Below, in pieces: positions 13,917 through 27,496 of a stretch of 64,000 nucleotides of DNA; the first letter of the stretch is position 1; each line of letters begins with the position of its first letter. A program made the position numbers and the translations under genes. The stretch is taken from assembly GCA_964016885.1 (NCBI GenBank), contig OZ024741.1, positions 45,508,001-45,572,000 on the forward strand, read 5' to 3'. The notes below the pieces were generated by a model. The model was not told the origin of the DNA. It saw only the letters and a program-made list of their open reading frames with translations, and did no database searches. The stretch is from Eledone cirrhosa. Its lineage: Eukaryota.

Positions 13917-14100
13917 ATTATTGTTTCTACTTTTGACACAAGGCCAGCAATTTCCCCAGTGTATTACTGGTACTTTATTTTATCGACCCCGTAAGGATGA
14001 AAGACAAATTAACCTCGGCGACATTTGAACTCAAACCATAAAGGGCCGTAACTCTATGCTGCAAAGCATGGTGTCCTACCCTCTACCGATACTGCTAATG
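13917..14100 (-). mobile_element. SINE family A
   Basis: Reverse complement of the 48803-48998 type sequence. Confidence 0.8.
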
Positions 14101-14173
14101 CACTGATAACGACTAATAATATAAGTGCGAAACAACTGAGTAATACATCACAGTACATGTTTACTTAACTATA

Positions 14174-14347
14174 CAAGCGTCGGCTGAAAATTTCATAGGC
14201 TCACGAAGATACTTTCATAGAAGAATGGCCAAATGAGGTTTCTTTTTCAACATCGACCCTGGAAAGAAACAATAATTAATGCATGGCAGATTTCACTGCC
14301 ATAACATCATTCAATATTCTGCCTATGAGCTTTGCAGCAGACCCTCG
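14174..14347. mobile_element. Degenerate mariner-type MITE
   Basis: ta|caagcgtcggctgaaaatttcataggc ... gcctatgagctttgcagcagaccctcg|ta, imperfect TIRs with a TA TSD. Confidence 0.65.
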
Positions 14348-14974
14348 TATAATTTGGAACAATGTTTCTATCTTTAAGTTATTATATTTGACCCCCCCCC
14401 CCTATGATTTCGTGTTATATGTATAGGAATGTATAAAGAAACAACCCGAATTACAATGACCACAGAAGATATCGTCATGTACCTGGTAGCACAATTTCGC
14501 TTACTTAAGAGGAACGTTAAACATTTGACACCCAGCTCTATGCTATGGTTCTTTTGTCCTCTGCAGAAATTAAACCCGAAACAAAATAAATAATGGTATA
14601 AACAAAACAAAACTCACGGCAATTATTTTCCAGATTCCCCAAAGAACTCAGCATGAATCACAATTGTAAAATGATGACAATTCATGCAGAAAGCACGATG
14701 TAAATACCAATAAGAAACATATATGCCTGACATTGTATAGTTAAACATTATTTGTATTGGAATACTGATCCAGATCAGAACAAAACAGCAATGTTCCGCA
14801 CATTTGTATCACTTAAATGGCGGAATATACACTGATGCTAGAAAGAAAACATATATAGCATATTTTCTTTTTATTATTATTTTTGTTTTTATTTGTTTCA
14901 GACATGAGATTGATTCTAAGCTGGGGCAATATATATATAATAATAATAATATTATTATTAGTTATACTTATATA

Positions 14975-15386
14975 TAAACTATATATAATAATAAATAGGA
15001 AAGGTCAGTATTTTTTTTGTTTTTTACCAGCTTATTACCAGTATGAAAAATAGCTCAGTAGTTAAAAAATTGCTCAAACGTTAGATGTATTACAGAGCAG
15101 GAATATAAATTATAGAACAATCAAATCTATGTTTAATACATTTTATTGCTGACAATCGTTTCTTATAGCTATTGCTTCAGACCACAACACCTTCACTCTC
15201 TTTGAATATGACACTGTTGATAGCAACAATAATATCAACGTATCTTTATGATTGTCCTGTTAAATAGGAATTTAATTATGTGTTTAAACTTTGCCAATGC
15301 TCTGATGATTCCAAACGGCTGTTTGGAAGAAAAGATTGTCAGCAATAAAATGTATTAAACATAGATTTGATTGTTCTATACTTTAT
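14975..15386. mobile_element. Short PLE terminus insertion with inverted arms
   Basis: 15112-15163 is inverted to 15327-15380. The tail 14975-15110 is homologous to 37670-37765 and to 48624-48730 (reverse). Confidence 0.7.
15298..15344 (+). ncRNA. Minimal type I hammerhead motif
   Basis: tgct-CTGATGA-ttccaaac/gtttggaa-GAAA-agattGTC-agca. The mirror arm has the expected GAAACGATTGTC. Confidence 0.75.
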
Positions 15387-15389
15387 ATA

Positions 15390-15442
<53 letters not shown>

Positions 15443-15444
15443 TG

Positions 15445-15523
<79 letters not shown>

Positions 15524-15527
15524 AATA

Positions 15528-15582
<55 letters not shown>

Positions 15583-15789
15583 ATAATAACAAATGGAAAC
15601 TATATTTATAAAACCATATTTATTTCATTATACATATTTCAACTATGGTGCGCTTTCATCAGATAAAATATGATATAGGTTAGTTTTATAAATAAACATT
15701 GACATACCCTGAAAAAATGCAACCATGCGATGAGCAGATCCGGTTGGAATCTGGTCTATAGCAGTTACATAGATCATGTGCCACTCATC

Positions 15790-16185
15790 TGTGAAAGACC
15801 TTATTGCACACTATAAAGTGGTCGTGTACGTATCGCAACAAAAAGCACCCACCGTACACTGTAAAGTGGTCGTATAGTCGTGTAGGTGTCACGACAAAAA
15901 CCACCCAGCCTACACTGTAAAGTGGTCCTGTAGGTGTCATGACAAAAGCAACCAGCCTACACTGTAAATTGGTTGTTTACATGTCACGACAAAAAGCACC
16001 CAGTACACACTGTAAATGTGGTTGGCGTTAAGAAGGGTATCCAGCCATAGAATGCCAGCCAGAAACAGTCCTATATGAGCGAGACACGGTCACCCGACCC
16101 AACCAGCTTCTGATAGGAGAAACCCGTATAACCCACGCTAGCTTGGAAGATAGACATTAAACGATGATGATGAAGATGATGATGA

Positions 16186-16187
<2 letters not shown>
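15790..16187 (+). mobile_element. SINE family B 3' part, with internal tandem repeats of about 55 bp and a (GAT)n tail
   Basis: Repeated aaaagcaccca..tacactgtaaagtggt, then gttggcgttaagaagggtatccagc...gacattaaacgatgatgatg. Confidence 0.65.
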
Positions 16188-16246
<59 letters not shown>

Positions 16247-16405
16247 AAAGAATAGAGGTGTAACACACAAGTTATTATATATTGGTAAACGGAATAGAAA
16301 ATGCTGACAAATTGTTCACAGTTGAGGTAAAGGAACCAAATAAATATATATATTTTTTAAAAGATAAGACTCCAGTTGCATTTTCGATTTCAGCTTTTTT
16401 CTTTA

Positions 16406-16449
<44 letters not shown>

Positions 16450-16520
16450 AAGAAAAAAGCTGAAATCGAAAATGCAACTGGAGTCTTATCTTTTAAAAAA
16501 TATATATATTTATTTGGTTC

Positions 16521-16556
16521 CTTTACCGGTTTCGCAGTTCTTCTGCTTTTCAAAAG
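16521..16556 (-). ncRNA. Minimal hammerhead, U3-A8 core variant
   Basis: ctt-TTGAAAA-gcag/ctgc-GAAAC-cg-GTA-aag. Confidence 0.7.
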
Positions 16557-17640
16557 TAGAGTTGAGATGGTGGGTCTGTGGTTTTTCTCACATCTGGTTG
16601 GTCTTTGAATGTTACTTGTTTTAAATGGAAAAAAGTGGCCCAAAACGCCAGGTTTTTAGAGAAGTAATTTGATTGGATGGTGAATAAGTATAATAAATTT
16701 CGCGCCAGTTCGCGTTACAAAGTTCTTCAAACAAAGGTGGGAGGGGGCTCATGTTGGTTTTCATATATGAGTGAAGTTTGGTTGGTTGATGCAGTCACGT
16801 GAATAAGCACATCAGCTTTCGCGTCAGTTTGTTTGAATTTCTTTTTACTTAAAAAAAAGGTGGCTCACGAAGACTTTTTTTTTATAAATGTAATTTGATT
16901 GGTTATAAATGAAATTATGACTGTCACCTGAACATGTTCATTAAATTTCGCGCCCGTATTTGGGAATTTATTTTGTAGCCTTTTAGAGAATTTTATGACA
17001 AACAAAAGATGGGGAGAATTGTTCTGGTCCAGTGAATATGGCTGGTTCGCTGGGGTGTCAGAATTCAGACTTTCTATTGAAATAAAGAAAGTAGAGATAT
17101 GTATGTTTATTTGTGTGCTTGTGTGTGTGTGTGTGTGTGTAGGAAGATGATTCTGTTAGTAGAAATGGGGGAGGGAGTTGTGTGTGTGTGTATGGGTGTT
17201 ATGTGTGTGTGTGAGGGAGTATGTTAAGATGGAGAGAATATATATATTTTGTGTGTGTGTATGTGTGTAGGAAAGTGATTCTATTAGTAGAAATAGGGGA
17301 GAGAGTTGTGTGTTTGTAGGGGGGTATGCGTGTGTGTGTATGGGCGTTATGTGTGTGTGGGAGTATGGTTAGCATGTTAAGATGAAGGGGATATATATTT
17401 CGTGTGTGCGCGCGCGCGTGTGTGTGTGTGTGTGTGTGTGCGAAAATGATTCCATTAGTAGAAATATTTTTGAATGAACATATTTCCCTTATTTATTCGT
17501 ATTTGTTCTGTTGTATTGTCAGCGCAAACGTATGTTAAGGTTTATTTAGTTCCGGTTTTTATTTTCTAAAGTAGGTGTTATGTGTGTGTGTATGTGTCTG
17601 TTTGGATGGTTAGCATGTTATGGTGTTGACATAATGTATA

Positions 17641-20530
17641 TTAAACTATATTTAATGCTGGTCTATATTTTTGAATAAACATATTTTCCTTATTTATTCG
17701 TATTTGTTCTGTTGTATTGTCAGCGCAAAGGTAAAATGGGAAGACTTGGAATTTGGGTGCCTTATTACTTGCGCATATGTCTAGATGTTCACTTAGTGTT
17801 ATCTGTCTCGTTGTTGGATCTCGTAATTGTTGGCGATGAACTGTCATTCTGTTTCTGAGTGTGAGTTTAGTTTGTCCTATATAATCTTCATTGCATACTT
17901 TACATTTAATGGCATAAAGTAGATTTTTTGATGAGCAAGTGAAGTGATTTTTTACAACAAAATTTTGTCCTGATTGAAATGTATACGTGTTGCCTTCAAT
18001 GAGGTGAGTGCAGGTTCCACAATTAGAGCGACCACATTTTTTGACAGTTGGTTGTGGGTTTGTGGTAGGTAATTTGGCAATGGTAAGTAATGTTTTTAGT
18101 GATTTCGGTTGTCTTTTGCTTTTGATTATTTTGTGTGTTTCAAGGGCATTTTTCATTCTTGGGTCTTGTTTCAATGGTGGGATGTTCTTGTGAATAGTGT
18201 TGCAAGCTTCCGCATTTCTTGGGTCGTGTGTTGAGATATATGAAAGAATATTGGACGTACCTTGAATTTGTTTCTGTTTTCGTAATTCATCAAAGCCTAT
18301 TGCTTTAGCCCTTTCTATTCCATTATTTATTAGTAATAGTGGGTACTGTCTTTCGAGTAGAATTTACTTTAATCCTCGAAGTCTTTTATTTCGCGTTTCA
18401 TGATTGGAGACAATTGTGCAAATTCTTCTTGCTAGGTTAAAAGGAACGTTCGTCTTTGTGTGCGTTGGATGGTTGGAGGTGAATAGCAGGTATTGTTTGG
18501 AATCTGTTGGTTTGTAGTGTATGTAAGTTTTAATATTTGTGTCTTTTTTTAAGATTAAGATGTCCAGAAATGGGAGCTGATCTTGGCTGTATTCCATTGT
18601 GAATTGGATGTGGTTATTGATGCCGTTAATTAAATTTTTGAAATCATTCAGTTGGTCGAGTGTGTGGGACCAAAGAATGAGACAATCATCCAAGTAGCGT
18701 TTCCAATTCTCTGATAAATATTTGTGGAAGTTCAATCCGTATTTTGATTTGGACTGTTCATACATCTGGACTTCTAAGTATGCCATGACTAAGTTGGCAT
18801 AAGTTGGAGCGGCTTTTGTACCCATCGCAGTCCCCGATATTTGCTTGTAAGTACTGCCATCGAAATCAAAAAGTTGTTCTGTAAGATAAATTTTAATCCC
18901 TCGGTGATGAAGCCTTTTTCTATTCTGCCAGGTATCTCATTGGGATATTTCTCTAGCCAGAATCCTATTGCTTCTAGTCCGTATTGGTGTGGGTACGTTG
19001 TGTAGAGATCCACTACATCGAAAGACACAATGATAGTGTCGTTGTTGACATGTTTGGAGAGGTGGTTTAAGAGGTCCAGATCGTCTCTTACAAGGCTTGG
19101 TATGTGTTTGAAAATTGGTTGTCTATAAAGTTGCTCAGTCTGTGTGTTTCACATTGTGGGCCCGCTACAATTGGTCTTAATTTAAGGTCTGTGGGGTATT
19201 GTGTGTTCACGTAGTCTGAGGTGGATTGTGTACAGGCATCGTTAATTATTTTACACTTGTGGATCTTCGGAAGTCCAAAAGGTTGCTGGTTTTGTATTCA
19301 AAATGAGTTAAATAATCGCGTTCCTTTTTAGTTAAGTCTTCCTCGTATCGACAAATCAATGTGTTTATTCTAGTCATCGTTTTTGATTGCTGGTATTTTT
19401 TTACTCTTTCATAGTAATTAGCATAATGTAAGAGAGAGAACATAGAATGTTTATATTTTTCAGCATCCATAATGACAACAGTGCTTCCCTTGTCCGCTTC
19501 CTTAATTATAATGTCCATATTGTTTTTTAGTTCGTGGATAATCTCCCATTCCCTTCGACTTGTGTTGGGTTTGGGTTTAGGTTGCGGTAGTTCATGGTAT
19601 GGGAAAGTAGCTATGTGGTCACAAAATTTGTCCAGAACTCTGTTTCTACCTTTTGTTGGGTTGTAGCTGCTTTTATTCCGTACAATTGATTGGTCGTTAT
19701 TCTCCTTCTCAAAAGATTCCTCTGTGAGACGCAATTTTATACAGAAGTGTGAGATATCGTCATTTATCTAATTGAGGTTAGAGTATTGTGGTGTTGGTGT
19801 GAATTTCAGTCCTTTGGAGAGAATTTTAACTTGTTGGGCTGAGAGGTTTGTATTTGTAAGGTTGATTATTTTCGGTTTTTCAAAATCGGTTTGTGCCACC
19901 GGGTGTCGTGGGTCCTGTAGCCTTGGTCTAAAAAAATGATTTTTCTGGAATGTTTTTTCAATGGTATTATTATATCTAATGGTATTTCCCCTGTTGTTGT
20001 GTTGTCATGTATAGAAGTTTCGGACGTATTGAGGTTCGGTTTGTTGATGGTCTGGGTTGTAGATGTTGTTCCTTTGTGTGGGTTGGGATCTACAATTTTG
20101 GAACAGGTTCTGTGTAGGCAGGGGTCTACGGTTTTGGAATAGGTTTTGTGTGGGTTGTGCTCTGCGGATCGGGTCCTGTCTTGTGTTGGGGGATGTTCGG
20201 TTTTTGTTAGTAGGGTTATAGTTTTGTCTATGGGTTCTGGGATTATCGTCATAGTTTTACTGGGGGTCTGTTTGATGTTTTCTTACTTTTTTTGTTATTT
20301 GTTGTGCATGTGGGGTGTGAGTTTTAGTTTGTTTTTAAAATGGGTTACCTGTATGTTGTTCATTTTTGAAATCCATTTCGTAGTTGTTGAACCAGGTGGC
20401 GTTTTTTTCCCATCGCTGGAGAGATGTTAGTTCTTCATCCTCACAATTTTCTTTCCAAAGTGTTAAGGTTTTTTTCATAGAGAAGGCCTTCAGAGTCCCT
20501 TGAGATTTCTGTTTCCATCTGTTGGTCGAA
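17641..20530 (-). pseudogene. PLE RT + GIY-YIG endonuclease, fragmented
   Basis: LSKGLKFTPTP, IKEADKG, SFDVVDLYT, MGTKAAPTYANL, RYLDD, LPFLD, KPTD, Cys linker CGRSNCGTC, NLLYAIKCKVCNEDYIGQT, spread over several frames. Confidence 0.9.
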
Positions 20531-20789
20531 TGACTGCATCAACCAACCAAACTTCACTCATATTCACCCATATTCACTGAACCAGAACAATCCCTTTTCT
20601 CTTGACCACTATCTGTCCATTGTCATAACATTCGCTATAAAGACTACAGAATAGTTTTCCAAATAAGGGCGCAAATATGTAATGAAAACTTGTTCACGTG
20701 ACAGCCAAATTTCATTTATAACCAATCAAATCACGTTTATTAAAAAAAAGCCTTCGTGAGCCACCGTTTTCTAAAGTAAAGAAATTCAA

Positions 20790-20822
<33 letters not shown>

Positions 20823-21337
20823 CACACAAGCACACAAATAAACACACATATCTTTACTTTCTTTATTCAATAGAAAATCTGAATTCTGACACCCAGCGAA
20901 CTAACCATATTCACTGAACCAGAACAATTCTCCCATCCCTTTCTCTTGACCATTATCTTTTTATCAAAAAATTCTCTAAAAAGGCTAGAGAATGGATTTC
21001 CAAATAAGGGCACAAAAATTTAATGAAAATTTGTTCACGTGACAGCCATAATTTCATTTATAAACAACCAAAAAAAGCCTGCGTGAGCCTCCTTTTTTCA
21101 AGTAAAAAGAAATTCAAACACTCATATATGAAAAAACAACCTGTGACAAACCCGCCCCTCTTATTTGAAGAACTATTGTAACGCGAACTGGCGCGAAATT
21201 TATTATAATTATTGACAAACCAATCAAATTACTTCTCGAAAAACCTGGGATTTCGAGCCACTTTTTCCATATAAAACAAGTAACATTCAGAGACCAACCA
21301 GATGTGAGAAAAACCACAGACCCTCCATCTCAACTCA

Positions 21338-21375
21338 CCTTTTGAAAAGCAGAAGAACTGCGAAACCGGTAAAGG
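21338..21375 (+). ncRNA. Minimal hammerhead, U3-A8 core variant
   Basis: cctt-TTGAAAA-gcag aagaa ctgc-GAAAC-cg-GTA-aagg, with palindromic ACCGGT stem III. Confidence 0.75.
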
Positions 21376-21444
21376 AACCAAATAAATATATATATTTAAA
21401 AAAAAAATAAGACTCCAGTTGCATTTTCGATTTCATCTCTTTTT

Positions 21445-21536
<92 letters not shown>

Positions 21537-21605
21537 GTATATACATATATATTTAGTCTTCAAATTTATTATTATTACTATATATATATATATATATATA
21601 CATAT

Positions 21606-21674
<69 letters not shown>

Positions 21675-21926
21675 GTGTGTATTTGATTAATCGGGATAGG
21701 GTTAGTTTTAGGGTTAGGTATGTATTTGATTTCACTCTACCAGTATTTGCTCATATGACACTAAAGTGGTCAACCCTGTGCTATAGTAGAATATATTTGA
21801 TCACGTGGTTGCCATGTAAGCATCTTCACTACACAGCCATACCTGCATTGTGAAATATTTATATAAAAGAAGATTATACTTCATTGCTAAGCCAACGATG
21901 TTATTTAAAAGGCATAACCAGTACTT

Positions 21927-22220
21927 TACTGGTACTTTATTTCATCGACCCCGTAAGGATGAAAGGCAAAGTTAAGCTTGGCGGGATTTGAACTCAGAAT
22001 GGCAAGGGCTGTAACTCTATGCGTCAAAGCATGGCATCCGACCCCTATAACAATAATTGTTTCTACTTTTGGCACAAGGCCACCAATTACCCCAGTGTAT
22101 TACTGGTACTTTATTTTATCGACCCGTAAGGATGAAAGGCAAAGGATTTGAAATCAGACCATAAAGGGACTTAACTATGTTGCAAAACTTGGCGTCCAAC
22201 CCTCTACCGATACTGCCTAT
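21927..22220 (-). mobile_element. Two adjacent SINE family A copies
   Basis: Partial copy at about 21927-22046 and a fuller copy at about 22053-22220. Confidence 0.78.
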
Positions 22221-22373
22221 TCACCTGGAAATGCTTATGAATTAGGGTGACACATCGTAAAATTCAAACCCGATAATAAATTATGTACGATGAAAGAAAA
22301 TATTATACGTACACACATGTACATACATACACACATTCAGTCTCTCTCTCACACACATATATATATATATATG

Positions 22374-22464
<91 letters not shown>

Positions 22465-22569
22465 ATATATATATATATATATGTGTGTGTGTGCGTGTGT
22501 GTAGCTGTGTGTTAGAGAGACTGAGCGTGTGTGCATGTGCGTATGTGTGTGTATGTATATGTGTGTGTA

Positions 22570-22676
<107 letters not shown>

Positions 22677-23186
22677 GAGAAAGCGGAACATATATATAAA
22701 GAAAGCAGTAGGTATATAAATGCGTAAAATAAGATACAATATAAGAACAGGAAAATAGATAGAAAATATTTTTTTAAATTACTGCAGATAATATAGCCAC
22801 AGGAAATGTTCGCTGTCCAATCTCGTTAAAAGCAAGAACTTGGGTGAATCGATAGCGTTTTCAGATTTTATAGACGATGGACCGAACGATATCTGTCTTT
22901 TTATGATAGGCGATTAGGATTTCTTCATATTTTTTCTATTCCCGTGAAGGCTATAATTTCAGTATCGAATTTTACAATGTTGTAGAAATCTTCCTAATTC
23001 ATAGCTTATGTTCTTATTTTGACTTTAAGACACTTTGGCAAACTTCAATAATATAAAGGGAATATGCATTACACATGGAGACATTCATACCCACATGCAA
23101 AGACACACGCACATACTCATATGCACGTACACACACGGGCAGACACAATTACAGACAGAGACAGATACACAGACTCTCTCCCTCAC

Positions 23187-23266
<80 letters not shown>

Positions 23267-23434
23267 TATATATTTATATACATATACATATATACATATA
23301 TATATATGGATGTATATATAATGTATTTTGCAATACACTTTATGCTTAATTAAAAAGCATTATGAAGACCGTAAGCTATTGTTTTAAAGTAGTGACAAAT
23401 TCACTTACTTTGATCTCAGCAAACAGGGGAGATA

Positions 23435-23478
23435 AGCCGACAAGTCTTGTTTCGCTTTGGTTAAAGCTTATCAAGGCC
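23435..23478 (-). ncRNA. Type I hammerhead, U3-A8 variant
   Basis: ggcc-TTGATAA-gcttt/aaagc-GAAAC-aagactt-GTC-ggct. Confidence 0.8.
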
Positions 23479-23860
23479 AACTACCCCTCCTGTCTACCGA
23501 GATCACTGATGTTATATTCTTATAGAAATCTAGTAAATAATCAGGAGCTGATTATGCAGAGCGGTTGTTGGTCAGGCAGAAATTAAAAATTAGAATTGGA
23601 GCTCTGAGATCAAAGTAAGTGAATTTGTCACTACTTTAAAACAATAGCTTACGGTCTTCAAAATGCTTTTAATTAAGCATAAAGTGTATTGCAAAATACA
23701 TTATATATACATCCATATATATATTGCTATTTCAAAGCTCCAATTCTAATTTTTAATTTCTGCCTGACCAACAACCGCTCTGCATAATCAGCTCCTGATT
23801 ATTTACTAGATTTCTATAAGAATATAACATCAGTGATCTCGGTAGACAGGAGGGGTAGTT

Positions 23861-23904
23861 GGCCTTGATAAGCTTCAACCAAAGCGAAACAAGACTTGTC
23901 GGCT
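23861..23904 (+). ncRNA. Type I hammerhead, U3-A8 variant
   Basis: ggcc-TTGATAA-gctt/aagc-GAAACAAG-a-CTTGTC-ggct. Stem I extends through ggtag/ttatc and acagg/cctgt. Confidence 0.8.
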
Positions 23905-24114
23905 TATCTCCCCTGTTTGCTGAGATCAAAGTAAGTGAATTTGTCACTATTTTAAAATAATAGCTTACGGTCTTCAAAATGCTTTTAATTAAGCATAAAG
24001 TGTATTGCAAAATACATTATATATACATCCATATATATATTGCTATTTCAGAGCTCCAATTCTAATATATATACTAATATATTAATATATATATATATAA
24101 ACATATATATATAC

Positions 24115-24204
<90 letters not shown>

Positions 24205-24205
24205 G

Positions 24206-24243
<38 letters not shown>

Positions 24244-24244
24244 G

Positions 24245-24890
24245 GTAAATATCTTTAAGTCGTTTGGAAGCCTCGACAATGCAAATGGGTAAATCTCCGG
24301 GTAACAAGATCCGGTGGTGGAGAGAGAGATGTGAGTGGGTGTACGTTGAGATGCGTGGTGTGTATTAGATGTGTAAGATGTGTAGAAGAATGAAAGGAAG
24401 AGTATAAAGGATAAAATAAAGATAAAAATAACAACACGAGAGAGAGTTACTTTGGGAGAGAATTAATAGTCCCTATATATTTCGGATTCACATCCATCAA
24501 CTGTTTGTTGTTTTGATATTCAAAACAACAAACAGCGGAGGACGCGTTCCGGACCTGTCCGACAGACAACCTTTCTCCCACCCCGCAAAAAACCCTCAGT
24601 TGATGGATGTAAATTCGAAATATATAGGGACTATTAAATCTCTCCCAAAGTAACTCTTTCTCGTGTTGTTATTTTTATTTTATCCTTTATACTCTTCCTT
24701 TCATTCTTCTACACATCTTACATATCTTATACACACCACGCATCTCAACGTACACCCACTTACATCTCTCTCTCCACCACCGGATCTTGTTACCCGGAGA
24801 TTTACCCATTTGCATTGTCGAGGCTTCCAAACGACTTAAAGATATTTACTTATTATTCCACAATGCTTCAAGCAAACTTCAATACTCTCA
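24245..24890. mobile_element. Non-coding inverted-arm element (PLE terminus type)
   Basis: 24245-24503 is inverted to 24597-24849, and the right arm is about 40 bp longer. Decayed HHR-like ggat/atcc-GAAA-tatata-ggg. A solo arm recurs at 56018-56236. Confidence 0.75.
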
Positions 24891-25919
24891 TATATATATA
24901 GTTTAATTGTTTGTAAATTTACGTCACTATTGGTCACTAACTCGAACACTAGATGCATAGGTGGGTCCGTTTAAGTATAGGGGCGTTGTACATTTGCTGT
25001 TTTACTATAGTCTGTTTCCTTCATAAGCAGTTTCTAGATATTAATAAGTATGAACGAGTTGTCAGAGTATCATCATCAAGTTTATTCGTTCCTCGGCAAT
25101 CACTCGTAATCGAGTATGACATGGTGGTAATTTTTTCTTCAAATTATTATAGTTAAACAATGAAAAAGCTCTATGAATGATGCTTTGCTTTTTTATAAGA
25201 CTGTAAATCACAAGCACTGGCACAACCTCACCCGGAGATTTTGTAAAATAAAGTTGGCTGTGATAGTGTAGTAGATTTTGTTCTCCCTTTCGTTCTTGTG
25301 TTGCCATTAATTTGATTTACTCATTTCTTTACAGCTCTCCTACATTATTAACGGTCAGTATCCATCTTCGTCTATATTGTTGTAATTATAACACCGGTTT
25401 CTTTGTGTTGTTGTTTGAGGACATTCTTATAACGAAGCTTCCGGCATTCTATCAATAGGCTTCCACATGCGTCATTTCTCTACTTTAAAAGAATCAGTTC
25501 AATTGGGGAGAAGTTTTCAATATTTATCTTTGACGGAACCCATCACACGATACGTCTAAGCACGGCGGGTTTTTTTTCCAAACAAATCAGCGCATTGCTT
25601 AAAACAATGGTTAAACGACGAATGTCACTCAAGCTCGATACTAATCTGATGATATGACTGCGACAATTCTCACATATATAAAAAGGAAATTTATTTTATA
25701 TTTCAGAAACAAAAAGAAATAATTCACATGTAATCAAATGTCGATATTGATAATTGATTAAGTGTCCTGTGTGTTGAGGATTTGTACATTTGTACAGGGT
25801 TATATCTGTTTTAGTTAGACTGCTCCTGACGAGGACTGAACATAATAGAATCCAATTCCTATTGTCATTGCCTCCGTCTCTCTCGCACTCCTTATCTCTC
25901 ACTATTATAAGTAAATGGG

Positions 25920-26385
25920 ATTACACGTGCTGACAGCCTCACAGCCCCGGTGGGAAGAATAGAGAAGGTTTTTCCCCGGAGAATTGGGAGGGATACGCGT
26001 GGGAAGAGGCATTCCAGCTCGTGAGGCTCACACCTGCCGGTAGCAATCTCTGTGCCGATGGTGGTGAGTAGATAGGTGGCCCTGGGGCCAAGGACACCAG
26101 AGGTCTCCACTGCTAGGGGCTCAACCGCAAACCTGTCGAGGAGCGACCGATATTTAGAGAGTTTACCCTCCTCGGCCTGAAGTACAGCAGAGCCTGGATT
26201 AGTCGCAGACTGCACCAGGTTGCCACAGGAGAAAGTATCGCTGCTTGTGTTATCCCAGATGAGGCGGTTACCATCGTGGAACGGGAAGATGGTCATGGCG
26301 TAAGGACTTTTGCCGTCCCCTCTTTCCAGTCTCATAGGCACGAGCAACAAACCTGCAGCATCCAAGCCATGCTTTATGGTCACGT
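25920..26385 (-). mobile_element. 3' fragment of a CRE-clade non-LTR retrotransposon (degenerate RLE)
   Basis: RGDGKSPYAMTIFPF..LIWD.T..DT..AEEGKLSKY..PLAVETSG..RVSLPILRG resembles the CRE consensus DGKRPDG..WD.T..K..KY..ET.G..QRGN. Confidence 0.75.
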
Positions 26386-27242
26386 CATAATTTTTTTTCT
26401 TCTAAATAAACTGGAATAAAACCTTGATATACAGATCAGATTCGAGTGAAGGGGTTTCCTTTGCTGAGGAAAATCTCTTAAATGAAAGTGCACCTAGGGA
26501 TTAACATTCATTGTTTAATGTAAATGTACCTAACACATTTTAATACAACGTACTTAATAGAGATTTCGCATAACGTACATAAATTCATATGTGTTTACAA
26601 AACGAAATTATTGAATTATTGTAAACAATATGTTTACATCTATTCTGACTTGACATATATGTTGAAGAGATTACTTTATGTAACCATAGTGGTATTTCTT
26701 TATCGTATTATCATTTGGCCTGTTGAATAGGGGACCGTTTCACAGAGGGGTTACTGTGTCAATTTAATAAACTGCAAGCAATGATAAATTGATGTTGCGA
26801 AGTGTATGCCATTTTTAATGTATTCAGCTATTTTCTGAACAAAATATTTTCGCCTGAGAACTAGAATCGGGTTGTGAACTCGATTCGCAGTAGTAGTTCC
26901 AAACTATGTATGCACAACATATAACATTATAGTTGTGTGTATGTGTGCTTTTGTGTACGTATTGTGAAGGCATATGATAGTAGAAGAGTGGAGCTTCCAT
27001 AGTGGTATTAACAATTCTAAAATCTTCAATAACAAAACCAACACTGCATAAAAGATTCGTTGATAAACGACACAAAACAAGAAAATATCTCCAATGATGT
27101 AATAAATATTTTATATGTATGCAGGTATGTACGTATATATGTATAACCCCCCTCTCTACCCCTCTCTATCTTTGTATATATATATATATATTTATATATA
27201 GAGATGTTCACGTAGACACACAGTCATTCACACACACACACA

Positions 27243-27365
<123 letters not shown>

Positions 27366-27457
27366 CTACGTGAACATCTCTATATATAAATATATATATA
27401 TATATATATGAATATTTATATATATATATATGAATATATATATATACATATACATAC

Positions 27458-27496
<39 letters not shown>

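Larger units (their letters stand above)
16243..21450 (-). mobile_element. Neptune-like PLE, 5'-truncated and frameshifted, with an inverted 3' duplication
   Basis: 16450-17140 is inverted to 20790-21450, there are HHRs at both ends, and (TA)n flanks. Confidence 0.9.
23297..24066. mobile_element. Non-coding 316-bp HHR repeat unit (retrozyme-like): one inverted copy plus about 1.46 tandem copies
   Basis: tgagatcaaagtaag recurs at 23605 and 23921. 23297-23607 is the reverse complement of the unit. (TA)n flanks. Confidence 0.8.

Noticed and set aside
15805-16020. Regularly spaced repeats resembling a CRISPR array
   Set aside because: They are degenerate tandem units inside a SINE, without unique spacers or cas genes, in eukaryotic DNA.
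23362-24010. Duplicated 74-85 aa ORFs
   Set aside because: They lie antisense to the HHR in each copy of the 316-bp unit and have no recognisable domain.
24900-25650. Possible THAP or DNA-transposon remnant
   Set aside because: No convincing motif or TIR could be read.
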